NCBI GenBank assembly: GCA_963693075.2
Contig: CAXMMP010000001.1
Coordinates: 1,044,471 to 1,108,470 of the forward strand
DNA length: 64,000 nucleotides
From: an uncultured Granulicella sp.
GTDB taxonomy: Bacteria; Acidobacteriota; Terriglobia; Terriglobales; Acidobacteriaceae
Direction: 5' to 3'
Shown here: positions 61,663 to 64,000 of the stretch, in pieces
Layout: every line of letters starts with the position of its first letter
How positions within the stretch are numbered: position 1 is the stretch's first letter
Notes under the pieces: model-generated
Told to the model about the DNA's origin: nothing
The model's input: the letters and a program-made list of their open reading frames with translations, nothing else
Databases searched by the model: none
Made by a program: the position numbers and the translations under genes

Positions 61663-63993
61663 CTAAAAGTGGAACCGGTAACGCACTTCGCCGAAGACTT
61701 GACGTGGATCGTTGTAGTGGAAGCCGCCAAAGGTAAGCGAGTTATCGAGCAGCGTACGGCAGTTGCCGACATTCGTCGAGGTAATCGACGCCGTGATCTT
61801 CTCGCCGAAGGTCTTGCCAATCGACACGTCAACGCTCGTGTTGTACGGCAGATAGCCATTCGGATAGGGGGTTGTGGGGTCCGGGTCGCCGTTGACGAAG
61901 CCTGAACCGTAGTACACGTTCGTCGACGCATACGCGTGCCATGGCAGCGTCGCATCGAAGCCCACGTTCAGGGTATTTCGTTGATCGTGGTCGACAGGCG
62001 TGTAAGCGAAACCGGCATCGCACTGTCCAGGCAGTGTCGTCGCCGGATCGCATATCAGCCCACCGGTAATATTCCCCCGCTGCTCGGCAATCTGGTTGGA
62101 ATAGGCGAGGTGAGCCTGCCCGACCTTCCACAGCCGAGGCGAACGCAGCGTAAGCTCCCACGCGCGAATCAACGCGCCATCCACCGTCACCGGAAAATAA
62201 ATGCTGGACTCGCCAATGTTCGAGTGGTCGAGAAAGTTATTGACGCGATTCTTGAAGGTGTCCGCGTCCAGCAGCCAACCTTTGAACGGGATCTGCACCC
62301 CAAACTGGTGCTCTTCGTCACGCTCCCCATGCAGCGGCGCAAAGTTAACCCCGCTGTTCTGAGCAACCGTCAGAACGCTACACCCGCTCGTGGCGGTAGT
62401 CGAAGAGCCGCCTGCACAGCCCACCGTAACCAGCGGCGGAGGCTGATAGAAGCGGCCATAAAAGCCGCGGAAGACCCAGTTCAGCTTCGGTACAAGCACC
62501 GCCACGCCAAAACGCGGATCGACTTCGTTCTCTGCGAATGCCCCCCGGAACTGCGTTGTCCGTAGTCCGGCGATGAGCGTCAACCATGAGGTGGGCTTGT
62601 AGTTGTCCGACACATATTCTTCCACCACTCCGCCATTCGTCGAATCCGCTTCATGCACCGGTGCGTTGCCGCTGCCATCGTGGAAGAGCAGGCCATACAG
62701 GTAATGGTCATGTTGCCCAAACGAATATATACCGCCCTGAAGGCTATTTCGCGCAATGACCGTGTTGACCGAAACCTGTGCTCCGCCATAGCCCGACGCA
62801 CGATCGTAAGTCGTCGCGATCGGGGTGTCGTTCCGGTTCGACTGGTAGTCCACCTTGTTGTAGTGATAGAACGGCGAAACCTGCAGTACGGTCGAAGGAT
62901 TGAACGTGTGCAGCCACGTGAACGCGTCCGCCACATCCGTCTCTCGTTGCGCGTCGCGCAGCCCACTCGAATCGTATTGCTGATTTTCGAAATCGCCCGA
63001 ATTCGGATCATAGGGAATCTGAAAAAAATCCTCCCGCGCAAGCGAGATGAAGCGAAACTGATCCTTTGGCGTGCGGGTATAAATCAGCGAAGCGAACCCG
63101 CCGTAGCCGTTATCGGCGTCGTGATTCACTGAGGCGACCGGTGGCGCAAGCCCATAATCGCTCCGGTTGCCATTCAGGCTGGCGTAGTAGGCGAACTTCG
63201 CCGTGTGGTCACCAAAATTAAGCTGATCGTTCGTCTGGTTGAAGTTGCCGGCGCTCAGCACAAGCTCGGCTTGGCGGTCGCGCTCGAATCCTGTTCGTGG
63301 CACCACGTTGAAGACTCCATACGTGCGATCGCCAACGTCGGCCGTATAGCTGCCGCGCTGGATCTCGATGTAGTCGATGTCCTTCGGGTCGATCTGCGCC
63401 GCGAGGTTCGACGCGATATTCGTATTGGGAATCTCGACGCCGTCGATCTGCCAGTTCAGCTGGTGCCCGCCCCGCATGTGCAGCATGTCGTGCGTCATGT
63501 ACGCGCCCGGAACGAAATCGGTGATCATCGCGAGCGAGTTGGTCCGATCCGCCCCCGGGGTATGCGCAATGTCCTCGCGGTCGACCAGCGTCGTGGGGGT
63601 CACGGAGTCGACGTTGCCTGTCTCCGGCGTCTTCACATCGACCGTCACCTTCGCGGTTTCGACGGCAAGTTCGAAGTGGAGGACCGGCGAGGTGTCCGAT
63701 GCGAGAGTGAGCGCCTGGCGTTGCGGTTCGAAGCCCGGCTCCATCACCTCCACCGAATAGTCGCCGAGAGGGATGGACTTCAGACGGAAGGTACCGTCGG
63801 CGGCTGTGTTGACAACGACCGAGTAGCTGGAGTGCGCCGCTCGAAGCGTAACGCGAGCGTTGGCTACCGGTCGGTGTTGAGGGTCGTGAACGACTCCCTG
63901 GACCACGCCGTAGATGGAGGCGTGGGCCGTTGAGGCCACGCCAAGACACACCACGGCGCAGGCCGCGGGAAACTTCTGAACAAACAGGCGCAT
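61663..63993 (-). CDS. TonB-dependent receptor with a carboxypeptidase-regulatory-like N-domain
   Basis: The signal peptide is MRLFVQKFPAACAVVCLGVASTAHA. The CarboxypepD_reg-like pattern is IYGVVQGVVHDPQHRPVANARVTL...DGTFRL. The plug motif is HMRGGHQLNWQIDGVEI. The C-terminal beta-barrel signature ends in ...GEVRYRFHF. Confidence 0.8.
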   Translation of the reverse strand: MRLFVQKFPAACAVVCLGVASTAHASIYGVVQGVVHDPQHRPVANARVTLRAAHSSYSVVVNTAADGTFRLKSIPLGDYSVEVMEPGFEPQRQALTLASDTSPVLHFELAVETAKVTVDVKTPETGNVDSVTPTTLVDREDIAHTPGADRTNSLAMITDFVPGAYMTHDMLHMRGGHQLNWQIDGVEIPNTNIASNLAAQIDPKDIDYIEIQRGSYTADVGDRTYGVFNVVPRTGFERDRQAELVLSAGNFNQTNDQLNFGDHTAKFAYYASLNGNRSDYGLAPPVASVNHDADNGYGGFASLIYTRTPKDQFRFISLAREDFFQIPYDPNSGDFENQQYDSSGLRDAQRETDVADAFTWLHTFNPSTVLQVSPFYHYNKVDYQSNRNDTPIATTYDRASGYGGAQVSVNTVIARNSLQGGIYSFGQHDHYLYGLLFHDGSGNAPVHEADSTNGGVVEEYVSDNYKPTSWLTLIAGLRTTQFRGAFAENEVDPRFGVAVLVPKLNWVFRGFYGRFYQPPPLVTVGCAGGSSTTATSGCSVLTVAQNSGVNFAPLHGERDEEHQFGVQIPFKGWLLDADTFKNRVNNFLDHSNIGESSIYFPVTVDGALIRAWELTLRSPRLWKVGQAHLAYSNQIAEQRGNITGGLICDPATTLPGQCDAGFAYTPVDHDQRNTLNVGFDATLPWHAYASTNVYYGSGFVNGDPDPTTPYPNGYLPYNTSVDVSIGKTFGEKITASITSTNVGNCRTLLDNSLTFGGFHYNDPRQVFGEVRYRFHF

Positions 63994-64000
63994 GGGAAGC

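Noticed and set aside
63205-63949. Two roughly 240-aa ORFs, one on each strand, inside the TonB-dependent receptor gene.
   Set aside because: They are alternative-frame or antisense artefacts. The 776-aa minus frame has a signal peptide, a plug motif and a terminal Phe.

Overview
This is a 64-kb high-GC bacterial chromosome segment. Gene content, especially the TonB-dependent receptors with carboxypeptidase-regulatory-like N-termini, suggests Acidobacteriota, but that is inference only. All calls come from reading the ORF translations and the DNA by eye; no searches were run. The ORF track translates GTG and TTG starts as M and reports the longest ORF, so several starts were re-picked by hand.

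The window has four blocks:
- Block 1 (1-5470, minus strand): a tandem array of eight paralogous genes (six complete, one cut by the window edge, one degenerate) for small single-pass membrane proteins. All share a near-identical N-terminal module (MLDVHPPHxPTHxWKDFFIH, a TM helix, then HHRH). This module is fused to two classes of divergent C-terminal domain. I do not recognise the family.
- Block 2 (5.5-14.7 kb): core genes. These are a minus-strand operon of three transporters plus a metallophosphoesterase, and a secreted proline-rich protein gene preceded by a good sigma-54 -24/-12 element. Divergent from that gene is a histidine kinase / NtrC-type activator pair.
- Block 3 (14881-41089): a roughly 26-kb integrative, probably mobilizable, element inserted in the 3' end of an initiator-like tRNA-Met(CAT) and bounded by 47-bp direct repeats.
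- Block 4 (41-64 kb): housekeeping genes. These are a BON-domain protein, a PpiD-like PPIase, a VOC protein, an OafA-like acyltransferase, H+/Na+-pyrophosphatase, formate-THF ligase, a GT2, YchF, a penicillin-acylase-family protein, a quinone oxidoreductase, two TonB-dependent receptors, and several clear terminators.

The block 3 element carries:
- a tyrosine integrase and three paralogous Xis-like HTH genes;
- a MobF relaxase, with no T4SS or coupling protein;
- a ParA-like module;
- a translationally coupled dcm-GHKL ATPase-unknown three-gene operon;
- an orphan AbiEi/DUF6088-like gene;
- ArdC;
- a complete type I R-M system in the order hsdR-hsdS-hsdM;
- a Fic protein;
- a hen1-pnkp RNA-repair pair.

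The best candidates for something undescribed are the dcm-GHKL-unknown operon (17418-21660) and the HPPH-module paralog array (1-5470).
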